Positions 1-16,239 are shown, numbered from the stretch's first letter. The stretch: 64,000 nt of DNA from the human T2T-CHM13v2.0 reference genome, Homo sapiens (GCF_009914755.1 NC_060932.1), one strand, 5' to 3'. Made by a program: numbers and translations. The notes: generated from the letters alone by a model not told the origin.

Positions 1-330
1 AGCTTGCTCGTCCTGTGCAGAGAGCAGACCAGAGGAGCCCTGGAGTCCAGGAGCAGCCCGTAGACAATGACAGATAGGATTTGGTGGATACACGTCCAGC
101 TCTTTCACCCACCAGTGCTGAGTCAAGCTCTCTGCTGTCTCCCAGAGACACCCAATAGGACTGAGCCATGGTGCTCACAGTTGTGACTGCTCGTTGGTGC
201 ATTCTGCATCGGCGTTCTCTTCCCTGCCTCACTTTCTTGCTCCTGGTGCTTCCTGAGATCATTTCCTGAGTAAACTATGGCCACATATCCCTGTGTTAGA
301 GTCTGATTCTTGGGTAGCTCAACCTAAGAT
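1..330 (+). mobile_element. ERVL LTR16-family fragment
   Basis: 3' end tcctgagatcatttcctgagtaaacta...gtctgattcttgggtagctcaacctaaga resembles the LTR16 consensus terminus. Confidence 0.55.
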
Positions 331-1087
331 TTCACACCTCTCGCTGGCTCTGCTGCAGCCTCGTAAACATTCTTAGCTCCTCATATATCTTACCCCAGGG
401 ACACAGGAAAGGCAACTGTCAGCATAGGACATAGAGGTGGAGAGAACGCCAGAAATAGGCTAATGATGAACACTGAGTTCATTCAAATGTTGAAGTAGTT
501 CAAAACAAACGTGAGACTCATGGCTCGGAAACAGACTGCAAGTAATTTTAAAAATCACTAATAAAAAGTACAATAACTAGGTGATGGAAACAGAGGAATA
601 TTATAAACATAGGTAGGGGCACAGGCTTTCTCATTTTACGTAGTGCGAACTTAATGCCACTGCTTGACATTGGAGCATGTAGCCAAAATCAAGAAAAGAA
701 AAAAGAAATGCAACCTCAATGTTTTTCCTATTGACATATATTTTTAGTAGAAAAAATATTCAGAAAATAGCATCTTTTGCTGTACAAATTTTTATCAAGT
801 TCCGCATTCTCTTGAATTTCATTGATATTTCCTTTTCTTCATTTTAATTTAAAATTTGAAGGGATACTCTAGTGATCTAGAGTATCTCATTTTTGTCAAA
901 GTACTTCTATTATTAATTCAACGCCTATGTATTCGGCACCTCCTCTGTGCCGTGTGCTGTTCTAGATGCTGGAGATGCCTCAGGGAAGAAGGCAGACAGC
1001 CGTTCTCTCTCCAGGCGCTCTTGCTGTGGGGTCTCCGGGGTAGGAAAGACTTGCGGTCCATTCATAAACTGTATGCGATGATGTTTA

Positions 1088-1660
<573 letters not shown>

Positions 1661-2213
1661 CTATGTTGCTGGAATAGAGCCATAGAGGCAGGGCCCAGTG
1701 TGTTCCCCAGTGTTTCCCTCCCTGAGAGAGCCCCCTTCCTTCTGGAGATGCCTCTCCTGCATTCCTCACTGACTCGTAAAGTGTCCCCCTGCCCCTCCCC
1801 TTGGCCAGGTACCCACCACATCAATGTCTTTCTGTATCTGGAACCCTTAATGCTCACTGCTGGTTTCAGCCTGTCTGCTTCCTTGCAGTGTCTCGCTTGC
1901 CTAGAGAGGGCAGATTGACCATGACATTTGCATAAGAAGGACACGTGGACTGGGTGGTCCAGAGAAGCCCAATCCTCCAGCACTGGGGTGGTCTGTGGTC
2001 TCTTGAGCAATGGGGTTGTGGAGAGGGCCCAGCTTTAGTCAGAGGGGCTTCTATCTGGTCCCAGGCTTGCCTAACCTCCCCACATCTTGGGGCTCCTGTT
2101 CTGAGGACTGTGAGGGCTGAAACTGAACTTTAAAGTTACCCTTGTTTTGAGTTATGACCTGGCTAATGTCATCCCTGTCATTTTTTATTTAAAAAGACTC
2201 TGGAGATCACACC

Positions 2214-2375
2214 TGACATGGTTTGGATATTTGTCCCTGCCCAAATCTCATGTTGAACCATAATCCCTAATATTGGAGGTGGAGCCTGATGGAAGGTATT
2301 TGGATCATGGGGGCAGATCCCTCATGAATGGCAACAATCCCATCTCTACCATCTCTTGGTAATGAAGAGATTCTC
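2214..2375 (+). mobile_element. MaLR LTR fragment (MSTB-like)
   Basis: tgacatggtttggatatttgtccctgcccaaatctcatgttg...ggatcatgggggcagatccctcatgaatggc. Confidence 0.75.
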
Positions 2376-3904
2376 TTGTTTATGACTTTGGATATTGAGG
2401 TTCTATTTCCCATTCTGTTACCTATTAGTTGTGTGGTCCTTGAAAAACTAATTGATCTAAATGGGTCACAGTTTTGCTTTTTGAGAAATTATAATCCTGC
2501 CATCCTATTTCACAGGCTTTATATTACAATCGAAGATTGTAATATACTACAAGATGTGAGTTCTTAAGAAAAGCCTGCAATGTAATTCCCAGTTCCATGT
2601 GATCTTCCTAAAAAGTCTATTCAGACACGGAGTCTTTTTTTCCCAGGGCCTTGGCATCTGGGTCAGTCTTTGTGATTGCTTCAGTGAATGAGATGTGGCA
2701 GGAGGGATGCAGCATGACTTTGGAGGCCAGGGTAGCAAAGAGGATGTAGTCTCACCTTCTCTTCCCCAATTAAGGTGACAAGATCTTGAACTTTCAGGCT
2801 GACACTGTTGCCACAAAGAGAAGAGACTCTAGACAGTATCTAGTTCTCTCATCAACCTGTGGGGAGATATGGCCACCGTTCTGCGATTTACAGTGGTTTT
2901 AAGTCATGTGGACACTCCTGTGGATTGGGAGATAATCTGATAGACAGCTCTGACAGAAATTACACGGACTAGTGAGATAACAGTTCCCCCAGTCGGTTGA
3001 AGGAGCTGATAACAGAGGAAAGTGAGAATTCTTAAGGAAAAGAAAATCAGTAACAGGTTTGCACATGTTAGATTGAGTTAGTCCAGTAGACTCTACCTCC
3101 TTAACAATTTTCAAATCCAGCCACTCATTTTCATCATTATTAAATCAATCACTGTTAGTTAAGCACTCACTATGTATCAGACCCTGTTCTCGTCTCTGGG
3201 GATAAAACCATGAATGAGGCAAAGTTCTGCCCTTGTGGAGCTGACATTCTAGTGGGTACATGGATGGTAACTTCTGCAACTTGCTTAGTTTATCTTATTG
3301 TTACGGTTCCCTTGAAAAGCTCCAGAGCCCATCAGGCTTGTTAATGCTTCTAAGTGTAGTCTCTACCTGGAACATTTTTCCCAACCTTCTCTTATTTTGC
3401 CTTTTTAACTCCTACTCAACTTTACTCAGTTTAGGCATTGCCTCTTCCAGGAAGTCTTGCCTGACTTCACACTCTGGGTAACTAGGTATCCTGCTAATGT
3501 GCCTCCTTCAACCACATCTCCTCCTATTCCTGATAATTTTTCTATCCTGATGCTTATCACACTTAATGTAATTTGTTTTTGTTCAACTTTCAATTCTTTT
3601 AGAAGCTGAACTACTCAAGATAGGGATTATGTCTTTTATGCACTTGTGTTCTGAACAGAGTGCCAAGAAGATAAATAGACAAGTGTTTATTGAATAGAGA
3701 CATGATGAATGGAAGGACTGAGAATGAATGAATTGAAGAATGGATGGGTAAACAGTTGAACAGGTGGAAAAATAAGTGGGTAGACGGATGATGAATTAAA
3801 GAGTGACTAGATAGTTGAATGAACAGATGGATGAATGGACATTTGGAAGGAAAGATGTTGAAATTAAAGAATAGACAGATTAGTTAATTGCATGTACATA
3901 TGTA

Positions 3905-4092
3905 TGTATTGTAATAAAATGGTTTGAAAGATTGTGAGAATTACCAAAATGTGACACAGAGACACAAAGTGAGCACATGCTGTGGAAAATGGTGCTAATA
4001 GACTTGCTCAACACAAACCTTCAATTTGTAAAAAAACTCAGTATCTGTGAAGCACAACACTGCAAAGTGCAATGAAACGATGAATGCCTATA
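3905..4092 (-). mobile_element. Tigger1 terminal fragment inside a degenerate (TGGA/TGAA)n tract (3700-4200)
   Basis: gagaattaccaaaatgtgacacagagacacaaagtgagcacatgctgt...aaccttcaatttgtaaaaaa is the reverse complement of the Tigger1 5' end. Confidence 0.75.
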
Positions 4093-4766
4093 TGTATTTT
4101 GGATAAAGAATAGACGGATGGAGAGTTGGATGGATAGATGATGAATTAAAGAATGAATGTGTAGATAGTTGAATGCATGAGTGAATGGATGGAAGGCAGT
4201 CAATGAGCTGGTCTCTTGTGCAGTGTCACCGTTTACAATGCAGGGTCCATTCTATCATTGCCAATGGGAAACCTCACAGTGTCACACCATGCTCTCAACC
4301 TTCCATCTTCTCTCCATCACCTAGTAGATCAAGTCCAAGCTCTTTCTTGTGCCATATCATGTGCTCTATGACCTCGTTTCCGCCTTCCTCTCTAAGTTCT
4401 TTTCTCAGAGCACCTCCTGCCCCTGACTCAGCATCGTATATAACAGAATCTACATGCTCTAAGCTACACTCCCTCACATGGCCTTTAACAGGCATCTTCT
4501 GATCTTTATGCTTCTGCTTTCTGTACTTGGAACTTACTTCTCTCCCAGGTCTCTTTCTCTCATCCTTTTGTTCCTTGTTTCTTTATATAGAATTACATCT
4601 TTGCCCCTCCAATTCCTCAGCTTGCCTATTTGTTTACCTGTTTGTCATTGGCGCTACCCTGTGAATTCCTTCAGAAAACAGGCTTAGATTTTATTCAACT
4701 CAGAGTAAGACACTGCACCTGGCAAAATGTAGGCACTCAATAAATATGTGTTAAAACATAATAGTA

Positions 4767-5595
<829 letters not shown>

Positions 5596-7339
5596 AATGG
5601 TAACAGCTCACATTTTTGGAGGGGAGGGGTTGATGACTGAGGCAGAGCTAAGATATTGTCTTTCTTTATGCTTCAACAATTATATGTGCAGCTTTTACAT
5701 AAGATATTAGAAAATTGGATCAATTTTCCTAAGGATTTTTAAAGAACTTTTAAAAGACATTCCATTTACCAGTTAATATCCCCTGTGCCGTATGAGCCAA
5801 TGCGATGTTGGATGTTTAAAATGACCAAAACTCAGTTGCTCAGTCCTAGGCCGTCTTGCCAACTGAACAATTGTTATTATACCACATCCACAGTTTCTGG
5901 CAGCTAAATGCTGCAAGTGAGAAGATGTTCACTAAATCTTCTGGAACAGCTAACAGTGATTGAAGCCTTCCTACATGCCTCCACTGTGTTCCGCACATTG
6001 CGTTCAGCTCCTGGAGGCTGAAGGAAGTGATGTCACTGTCACCTGGATAGTAAGTGGCAGGTGGGGATTGGAACACAGGCAGTTTGGCTCCAGAGCCCCA
6101 GCTCTTAGTCTCACCCCTGAATAAAAGAAATCTAGAAACCTGCATCTCTGTGATCCAGAGACTCACCGGCTGGCTAATTTAGGATCAATTCTGAAGGAGA
6201 ATCTAGAATGCTCCTAGGACCTTCCTTAATCCAGGCCCCAGAAGCAAGAATCTCTTCCTCCTCTTCCACATTTTTTCATCTTCTCTTCTCCTTCCTTCCT
6301 CACAAGGAAGCCATCAGCACTAAGGAAAACAGGCTTCATGGGAGCCAAGTGAGCTGGGAGGCAGCTCCCTGAGCCAGCCAGGCCGCATGGCTGCCTCTTC
6401 CTCAAGGCTCCCCCTCTCCTGCCCCATCCAAGCCTCCCACAGAGGAAAGGAGGTGGTGGGGTGCCAAGTCAGCCTCAGGTTCTAGCCAGGTGGGCTGTGG
6501 CTTTTCCCAGAAACCTCTGTGCTGTGCCAGATTCTTCTGGAATCTGCCTGCCCACTCTGCCAGGTGAAGTTCCATGCTGCTGCACTGATCTGCCTCCCTG
6601 GAGCAGGCAGCATGAGGCAGGGTGCTGAGACCCAGCAGCTCGGGGCAGACCGTCCAGACTCAGCGGCCAAGGCCCTCTCCAAAGTCAGTGCTTGAGGTCT
6701 ACATCGTTGGCTCCCACGGGCGCAAAAGACAGCAAGAGGAAATGTGAATGGTTCAGGAATTAATGGAAAAAGATTTCCCCCACTAGCAGTCAAAGAAACA
6801 TATTGCTTACCTAGCAAATTCCCAAAGTTAAAAAAAATGCTAGTACTCATCACTCTTGAAGTTCCTGGAACACGTTTCTTACAATTCAACTTAGCCTTAT
6901 GTATTCCTTTATAAACTTCTTATCCTCTGAGCCCCTAATTCTACTTCTAGGGACTCATAATAAAAAGAAAAAAAAACAGACATCTGGACAATTATTAATG
7001 TTGAAAAATCATCATTGTTGTGTTATCTATAAGAATAGAAAATAAGCAGCAATACAAATGTCAAACATCAGGGGGTGAAATAATTCTATATGATGCTATG
7101 TTAAAGAGACTAACTAGAAAATGAAAGTTTTGTAATATGTTGTTAACACGACACCTTTTTTCTGATGAAGGATTATGTGAAAATAAGAAGATTCAAATAT
7201 GTATGAATCTACATGATTCAATAAGAATACACACACATGCACATATGTACATATACATGGGTGTACACACACACATGTTTTTTAAAGAATACATGAGAAT
7301 GTTAAGCATGGTTATCCCTGTAACTGGGTTGTAATTTTT

Positions 7340-7615
7340 TTTTTTTTTTTGTGATGGAGTCTCACTCTGTTGCCCAGGATGGAATGCAGTGATGTGTTCT
7401 TGGCTCACTGCAACCTCTGACTCCAGGGTTCAAGCAATTCTCTGCCTCAGGCTCCCGAGTAGCCGGGATTACAGGTGCCTGCCACCACACCCAGCTAATT
7501 TTTGTATTTTTAGTAGAGACTTGGCCAGGCTGGTCTTGAACTCCTGACCTTGTGATCCACCTGCCTTGGCCTCCCACAGTGCTGGGATTACAGGCGTGAG
7601 CCACCGCTCCCAGCC
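7340..7615 (-). mobile_element. AluS (Sg/Sc-like) with 15-bp TSD tgggttgtaattttt
   Basis: TSD at 7325-7339 and 7616-7630. Internal ~14-nt deletion after gtagagac. Flanks are AT-rich and L1M-like. Confidence 0.93.
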
Positions 7616-8569
7616 TGGGTTGTAATTTTTAATTTTCTCCTTATAATTATCTGTGTTTTCCAAAATAACATTACATTAAGTTTATGTTACATTTAAATCA
7701 GAATAAATATAGGTGTTCTTTTTTTAACCTGCCTCTGAGCTATATTGTCTCACTCATTCATTACATTGACCAAGTGCCTACTATGTGGTAAGCACTCATA
7801 AAATCGGGAGTTACAGAGACAATTAAGGTCTGGTGTGAGTTCCTTCCAGGAGCTGTCAGATTTGTGGAGGAGGTGAAAGCCGTGGCTGGCCCAGTCACAC
7901 AGAGCCTTTAGTGAACCACCTTTTTAAGGAAAGGTCTTAGGATGAAAACAGGTCTGTCTGCAGAGCTCTACCAACAGCTGCGTCTTCAGCAATCAGCCTC
8001 CAGTGTGGCACTGACCTCACCTCCGCACAGGTTTCCAACATGCCTTCCTGGAAAGGGCTCCAGGCCTCTCAGGAGGTCGGTCATAGTTTTGAAAACAAAG
8101 CTGACCAACAATAGACAAAAGCATTTTCTGGCTCCGCTTTTCAGGAGCCTGGTCCCAACTCTGGAGATTCAGATCTCACTCCACAATGGACCCTCACAAA
8201 CCCCTCCCTTACATTCCACATCAGGTTGGCCTGGCCTGGCCTCACAGGGCAGCCCCTATTCTCCCAAGGCACCAGGCTCCTTCCCTCTTCCTTCCAGCCA
8301 TGGAGACTGTGCTTTTCTAAAAGGTTGGGTCTCGCACAGTTGAGAGCACAGTTTTGGAGCTGGAAACCTGAGTTCGAATTTCAGCTTCATCACTCACAAG
8401 TTACGTGGTTTAATAACTATGCAGATTGCTAAACTCCCTAAAGCTCAGTTTCCTAATTTGAAACATAGAGGTAATGCAATGACTCTCTCAAAGACTGGAT
8501 TGTGAGAGCATTCATCAGATGTGTATTACCAAGTTCTTTATGTGGGTGGGCCTGGTACAGAGGGGAAGA

Positions 8570-8756
8570 GGCTGTACTGGGAAACCACACTCTGCGAAAG
8601 AAGAAAAAACCCCTGATTTTTAGCCTTTGCCAATTCTCATGCTGTAAATACTCCCACTCAGGCCAATTTCAAGCTACCAAAGTTTAACTGGTTGGCAAGA
8701 GTCCTGCGTATTTGACAATCAGCTTTTGGGATCTCTATAAACATCAGCACACCATT
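8570..8756. mobile_element. MER63-like hAT-Blackjack DNA transposon
   Basis: ccctgatttttagcctttgccaattctcatgctgtaaatactcccactcaggccaatttcaagctacca...cagcacacca. Confidence 0.65.
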
Positions 8757-9041
8757 TGTCCCAAGAAGACAAACTTGGTCCTGGTCTTCATGGAGTTCAT
8801 GATTCAATAGGAGGAAACCAGTTTGTGCCATTTGTGTAATTGCTTAATATATACCTGTCTTACCTCTAGCCTGGAAGCTCTGTGATGGCAGGGACAATTT
8901 ATTTTTTAAGAAAACATATTCTTGCTATGTCATCCTCAGCCCTAACAGATTGTATGTACCTTATAATATGTGTTGAATAAATGAATGTCTTTAGTAACAA
9001 ACATAATAATCAGAAGTTGAGTTAAGAGCTGAGATCAAGAG

Positions 9042-9505
9042 TGATATGGTTTGGCTGTGTCCCCCCCCCACCCAAATCTCATCTTGAACTGTAACTCCCA
9101 TAAGCCCACATATCGAGGGAGGGACCTGGTGGGAGGTAATTGAATCATGGGGGCAGGTTTTTCCCATGCTGTTCTCGTAATAGTGAATATGTCTCAGGAG
9201 ATCTTATGGTTTTATAAAGGGAAGTTCTGGCTGGGCGCAGTGGGTCATGCCTGTAATCCCAGCATTTTGGGAGGCTGAGGCAGGTGGATTGCTTGAGGTC
9301 AGGAGTTTGAGACCATCCTGGCCAATATGGCGAAACCTGGTCTCTACTAAAAATACAAAAATTAGCCAGGCATGGTGGCTCATGCTTGTACTCCCAGCTA
9401 CTCGGGAGGCTGAGAATAACTTGAACCCAGGAGGCAGAGGTTGCAGTGAGCCAAGATCGTGCCACTGCACTCCAGCCTGGGCAACAGAGTGAGACCCTGT
9501 CTGAA

Positions 9506-9540
<35 letters not shown>

Positions 9541-9732
9541 ATAGCAGTTCCCCTGCACATGCTCTCTTGCCTGCTGCCATGTAAGACATGCCTTTGCTCC
9601 TCCTTTGCCTTCCACCATGAATGTGAGGCCTCCCCAGCCATGTGGAACTGTGAGTTCATTAAACCTCTTTTTCTTTATAAATTCCCCAGTCTTAGGTATG
9701 TCCTCATAGCAGTATGAAAATGAACTAATACA
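9042..9732 (+). mobile_element. THE1 (C-like) MaLR solo LTR interrupted by an Alu
   Basis: Starts tgatatggtttggctgtgtcccc and ends gaactaataca. Near 5-bp TSD aagag/aaaag. Confidence 0.88.
9229..9543 (+). mobile_element. AluS with (TAAA)n tail
   Basis: Full dimeric Alu; the tail has become about 10 TAAA units at 9503-9543. Confidence 0.95.
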
Positions 9733-10598
9733 AAAAGTAATAGGAATAACTATTTGAAATAGGTGGACTCTTTAAAGAAGAGATATTTAAGAATGAAGTG
9801 ACACCATATAGCACAATGGACATAGCACAATGTCCACTATATGGAAAGTGCTTAATAACTCAGTACATGGTACTTAATATTTCCCTTGCTTTGTTCTTTG
9901 GACCAAATCTTACTACTATCTCAGCTCAAATGATTTGTCACTTTCTGGCACAGTACCCTCCTACTTCCTATCCTCACAATCACCCCCTGTGAGACCCCCA
10001 CAGTGGCTCTGCCATAGCTTCCTGGAGGTGTTGATGTCTTTTCCTGCCCTTGGCCTTGGTTGCTAAGTCAAGGCATCTTCATATTCCCACGTATGAGCTC
10101 TGGAATAATTCTGGCTGCCAGTGCCCAGCATGGACTATGGGGCCTTCTTTCCATCAGGGGTGGTTGGGGAGCCTGAAGACACTGGAGAGAAGCCTGTTAG
10201 GTTAAAACTGGTGGGGTTGAGGTTGCAGGTTGGCTCTGGTTATGAAGAACTGCTCAGATTCCTGGCTAATACCTTGGGCAAGTCCTCATTCCCTGAGAGC
10301 TCAGTTTTTTAGTCTGTAGGATGAAGGTTTAGACCCATTCATGTCTGAGCCTTCTTCCAAGCTTTAACATGTTCCAATTACATGAGTGGATACTCTACGA
10401 AATGTCCTTGATGTTTTCAAACTTCTGGACCTGGAGAATAAGCTGTGAGTCCTTGTGACCCATCAGCTCCACTGCTCTCTTGCCCTCATGGCTCCTGGCT
10501 CCCCAGTGGTCAGCTGCCCTGGAGTATCCTGGTAGCTCCCTGTGGCTCAGTTGGATCTCAGGCCACTGAAGGTGGCCATCTTTGTCAATTTTTCTTAA

Positions 10599-11232
10599 TG
10601 TCAGAGGCATTTGAACAGAGTGACTCCATCTTGAATAGGGGCTGGGTAAAATAAGGCTGAGACCTACTGGGCTGCATTCCCAGTAAGTTAGGCATTCTAA
10701 GTCACAGGATGAGATTGGAAGTTAGCATAAGAAACAGGTCATAATGACCTTGCTGATAAAACAGGTTGCAGTAAAGGAGCTGGCCAAAACCTGCCGAAAC
10801 CAGGATGGCAAAAAGAGTGACCTCTGGTCATCCTCAATGCTCATTATACACTAATTATAATGTATTAGCATGCTAAAAGACACTCCCACCAGCGCCATGA
10901 CAGTTTACAAATGCCATGGCAACATCAGGAAATTACCATATATGGTCTACAAAGGGGAAGAGCCCTCAATTCCAGGAGTTGCCCACCCCTTTCCCAGAAA
11001 ACTCATGAACAACCCACTCCTTGTTTAGCTTATAATCAAGAAGTAACAAGAAGTATCTTTAGGCCAGCAGCTCAAGCTGCTGCTCTGCCTATGGAGTAGC
11101 CATTCTTTATTCCTTTACTTTCTTAATAAACTTGCTTTCACTTTACTCTATGGACTTGCCCTGAATTCTTTCTTGCACAAGATCCAAAAACCCTCTCTTA
11201 GCACCCAGATTGGGACCCCTTTTCTGGTACCA
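10599..11232 (+). mobile_element. MER41B-like ERV1 solo LTR, TSD TTAA
   Basis: TG...CA termini (tgtcagaggcatttgaac...ttctggtacca), ttaa on both sides, internal AATAAA, and it retains the segment carrying the GAS motifs. Confidence 0.88.
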
Positions 11233-11465
11233 TTAATGCTCCACATGCAGAAGTCCAATTTCTGCTGAGATGCTTCTATTTATGGGGAGCTCCCTGCCAT
11301 ACAGAATAAAGTTTTCCATTGTTGGGGGGCTCTGAGAGCATGGGCAAAGGCAATGAAGCTGGAGAGAAAAGGGGGCCAACTTCTTACTAAGCCCTTAGGA
11401 GGTGCCAGTCACACTGGACACAGCTCTCTGGAAGTCATCTCACCAAATCTTCCTAACAATCTTGG

Positions 11466-12235
<770 letters not shown>

Positions 12236-13635
12236 TTGGGAGGCATGACTAATCATCCTCCTTTTAGAGATGAGAACATTGAGGCTCGGAGACACTGGGT
12301 CACTTGCTGGAGGATGTACATCAGGGATGCCTGAGCCTGAGCACCTTGCCTTGTGCCACATGCTGGTCGGGACACAAAGCCCAACCTGATTTCACTGGGA
12401 GGGCAACTTCTGCACCACTCTCACCTTAAGCATGCCCCCAGCCACTCTATGCTTCTCTCTTAGACACCCTGGGTCTCTGGGAGCCCTTGGGAGAAAACTC
12501 TCACCACCTTTATCTACACCCACGGACTCAGAGGAAGATTTTCAATTATTGAATACTTACTAAGTGCTAAAAAAAAAAAAATCTCACATCTGCTTTGCTC
12601 CATTGTATCACATGTCCCTTAAGACAGGTTGCAGAGTTTATGGTTAATAAGTAAACCATACTTGTTATTGAGTGGACAAAGTCACGTCTCTTGCAGAGTT
12701 GGAAGTGGAGGCGCTAAGAGGCTGGTTGACATTCCCATCCCACAGTGGATAAGGAAAGCTGGGACTTGAATCCAAGGCTAGCTGGCTCAGGGCTCAGGAC
12801 CCTGTCCCCAGAGGGAGCCACACATCCTCAATCGCATCAAATTTACCCCTGAACCCCTACCCCCAAACCCTGAGCTCAAAGTCCCCAGGGAGATTAAGGC
12901 TAATCAGCTGTGTTTATAAAAGGCAGGTATAGAAGCCTCCGGACCCTGGTTACTCATTACATTGTACTAAATGCTGATATCGCAAACTCTCATAAATAGG
13001 CCAAAGGGTAGTAAGTCACCAAAAGGCCAAGCCAGACAAACAAGAGCCTTGCTGGATAACCAAGGCCCTGCCTTCCAGGCCTGCCAGCTGCCCAGCAGCC
13101 ATGGAGGGGCCAAAACTACTGCCTCTGCCAAGGTGGCCAAGCATCAAAGGCTGGGCTTGTTTGCTAGGCGTCGCTCATCAGGAATCTGAAAACCTGGCAG
13201 CCGAAAGGAGCCCTTGACTTTGGTGCCAACTCCCAGAGCCTCTTAAAGGCCCCATTGCTGGGTGACTTTAGGAAAGTTGTCTCTGAGTCCTGCTTTCTCT
13301 GACGCCATGTGGCTCACTGAGGGGAAATGGAGAAACGCGCTTTCCTCCTGCCTTCCTCAGGGACATCTGGGGGGCTTGACTGTCTTCTCTCCCACTGGAC
13401 TCAGGGCCTCAGCTGCCACCACTGCTCTGGTCCTCAGGCTGGATGGAAGTCAGGGCCATTGGTGACATTCTTTGGTGCCCCCAAGATAAGCCCACTATTG
13501 TTCTTGGCTTCAAATTTTTCATGAATAATTTTTGTGGAGAAACAGAGAGAGGGGAAGGAGAATGACTGCCAGAGGAAACAAACAACCACTAAAAAAAGTT
13601 CTGGATATTCCCCCTGTCACTGTCTTGGTTGCTGG

Positions 13636-14071
13636 GTGTATGAGTTTGCTATGGGGATTGTTGCAAATAACCACAAACTCAGTGGCTTAAAACAACATGA
13701 ATTTGTTATTGTAAAGTTCTAGAGGTCAGAAGCCTAAAATGCATCTCCATGGGCTTAAATCGAGGCAGGACTGCATTTGTTCTGGAGGCTCCAGAGGAGA
13801 ATCCATTTCCTTGCTCCTTCCAGCTTCTGGGGGGCTGCCATCATTCTTTGGCTCAGGGCCCCACACCACTCCATCATTACATCTCCTTATCTGCCTCCCT
13901 CTTATAAGGACCCTTGTGATGACATTGGGCCCACTCAGATAATCGAGGGTAGTATCTCCACCTTGAGATACTTAATTTAATCACATCTGCAAAATCCCTT
14001 TTGTAATGCAGGGTAACCTATTCCCAGATTCTGGAGTTTAGGACATGGGGGCCATTATTCAGCAAACCACA
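13636..14071 (-). mobile_element. MLT1C/D-like MaLR LTR
   Basis: aaataaccacaaactcagtggcttaaaacaacatgaattt...aatcacatctgcaaaatcccttttg...ggggccattattcagc. Confidence 0.8.
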
Positions 14072-14798
14072 GTGGCTGGAGCTCTTTCTGCAGTGATCAT
14101 AGACAGACCCTTTGTCCCAAAGGTCACCAAGCTTCCCAATGACCCAAAAGCACAGGCATCCCAGACTTCTTTTTTGGGGCTCTCTCCCCATGGCTCAGGG
14201 AGTAGGCACTGGAGACCCCTCCCTCAGGAAGGCAGGGTGCACCTTTTAGCCTCCAGGTGCGGAGGTTCTCATGCTGCCAGGCTTCGGGCCTTCAGCAATA
14301 ACCCTGTGGCCACTTCTCCACCCTTAGATCCTGATGGAGCTTTGGTTTCTGTTCTCAACCACATTTCCCCTCCTGGGCTTGGGTCTGAAATCAGACTTGA
14401 CTGTGCCAAGGTCATGTGTGATTATAGACTCCTTCTAACCCTCCATTTCTTCATAGGCATGAAAAAGCCCAGTATCATCTCTTTCCTAAGCTGTTGTGAG
14501 GATGGACTGAAATGATGGCCATATAACTCAGATACCTGTGAAGGTTTCCTTGGCCCTTGGAATCAGGATATTTGAAAAACACAGCTCAGATACCAGTACT
14601 CCCCTGCTTTAAATCCTGCAGTGGCTTCCCATAGCACTTAAAATTAAGACCTAAATGCCCCTCCTGTAGCCTGTGGGAACTGCATGATCTGACCACTGCC
14701 TACCTCTGTAATCTCACCCAAAATCATCCTCTCTTTGGCTTACCAGGCACCAGTCACACTGAGCTATTTCTTGTTCCCTGAACACACCGAACTATGAT

Positions 14799-15128
14799 TG
14801 TCTTCTTCAAGTTTCTGTTGCTATAAAAGAATACCACAGACTGGTAATTTACAAAGAAAAGAAGTTTATTTCTTACAGTTCTGGAGGCTGGGAAGTCCAA
14901 GGGCATTGAGCTAGGATCTGGTGAGGGTTATTCCAAGGCAGAAGGCAGAAGACAGAAGGCAGAAGGGAGAGAGGAGGCAAGACGGAGAAAAACAGGGGCC
15001 AAACTTTTACAGCAACTCACTCACTCCCATGATAGCAACATTAATCTATTCATGAGGGCTACCACTATCACAGTAGCACCAAGTTCCCAACATAGGGGCT
15101 TCTGAGGGACACATTTAAACCATAGCAA
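14799..15128 (-). mobile_element. MST-family MaLR LTR nested in L2 fragments
   Basis: gttgctataaaagaataccacagactggtaatttac...cttacagttctggaggctgggaagtccaag...aaaccatagca. Confidence 0.7.
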
Positions 15129-15374
15129 AGTCCCAATTCTGAGATTTGTCCTTGTTTTCCTTTGATTCTAGAACACTCTTCCCCCAAAAATTTGAATAGC
15201 TGTCTAATTCCTCTCCAGATCTCAGCCCAAATCCCACGTCCTCAAACAGTCTTGACCTGGCCATTCAATATGAATTAGTTATCCCAATATGAATTAGTAT
15301 TCCCAGTCTTGATACCTCCTTGATTTCCTTCATAGCATTTGTCTCATTCCTCCTCCTCCTCCTCATCCTCCTGG

Positions 15375-15740
15375 GCACCCTGCTGGACCACATTTCAAGC
15401 CTTGTTTGCAGTGAGGTGTGGGTGGCTTTATGACGATGCCCCAGTCAATGGTATGTGGGTGAGAGTAGTGTGGTCTGTTTTGAGTACTGGTTTGAAAAAA
15501 ATCTTCCACATTGTCCTCTGTGCTCTCTCTACTCCTGTCTGTAAGGGCAGGCACAGAGAATTCAGTGAGGACTAGATGTTCTTAGCCAATTGTGGAGTCA
15601 TGAGATAGTGGAGCCTGTACCCCCACATCAAGGAAGACCTCCTAATAAACCCCCATATTGAGTTTCTGTCTGAGAAAAAAAAATGTATTTTCATTGTGTT
15701 AAGCCACTGAGATTTTGCAGGTGTCAGCCAACCTGACATT
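15375..15740 (+). mobile_element. Old MLT1 (I/J-like) LTR
   Basis: ccacatttcaagccttgtttgcagtgaggtgtgg...ttcattgtgttaagccactgagatttt. Confidence 0.5.
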
Positions 15741-16106
15741 TTTATTTGTATTATATTTTCTTACTGTTGTATTGCCAGTCTTTTCCTACTAAAGTAGAAC
15801 CTCCATGAAGCCAGTCCCTGGCTATTTTTGCCCCTATTGATGCCTCAGCAACTAGCACAGTCTCTGGTGCACAACCAAAGCTTGCTGAATGAATGAATAA
15901 ATGAATGTTCTATGGAGTTCTATGTTCTATGGAGATCCAAAGCCCACCTCAAGTGTCTGCTCATTTCTGAGGACTTGGGTTCAAGGGCTCAGGGTTCTGG
16001 CACTTTGCTTTTCTTCCTGTTGAATTCATTAATTTTCAGTGTCATCATTCCATCTTTATTTACATTATGATAAGTCAGGCATAAGACTCCATCCCTTTCT
16101 GTGACT

Positions 16107-16107
<1 letters not shown>

Positions 16108-16138
<31 letters not shown>
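16108..16138. repeat. (CA)15 microsatellite
   Basis: Perfect dinucleotide run. Confidence 0.95.
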
Positions 16139-16139
<1 letters not shown>

Positions 16140-16239
16140 CATCCCAAGGCCTTTGTGTGTGTGCAGGATCCTTGGCTAAAGGTGGAAGGCAGAGGAGAGC
16201 CTTCACTCCATAGCTATGTCTACACATGCAACAACCTAT

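Noticed and set aside
3700-4200. Apparent direct repeat gatgatgaattaaaga...tagatagttgaatg on both sides of the Tigger1 fragment
   Set aside because: Best explained as part of a decayed (TGGA/TGAA)n simple repeat rather than a structured element.
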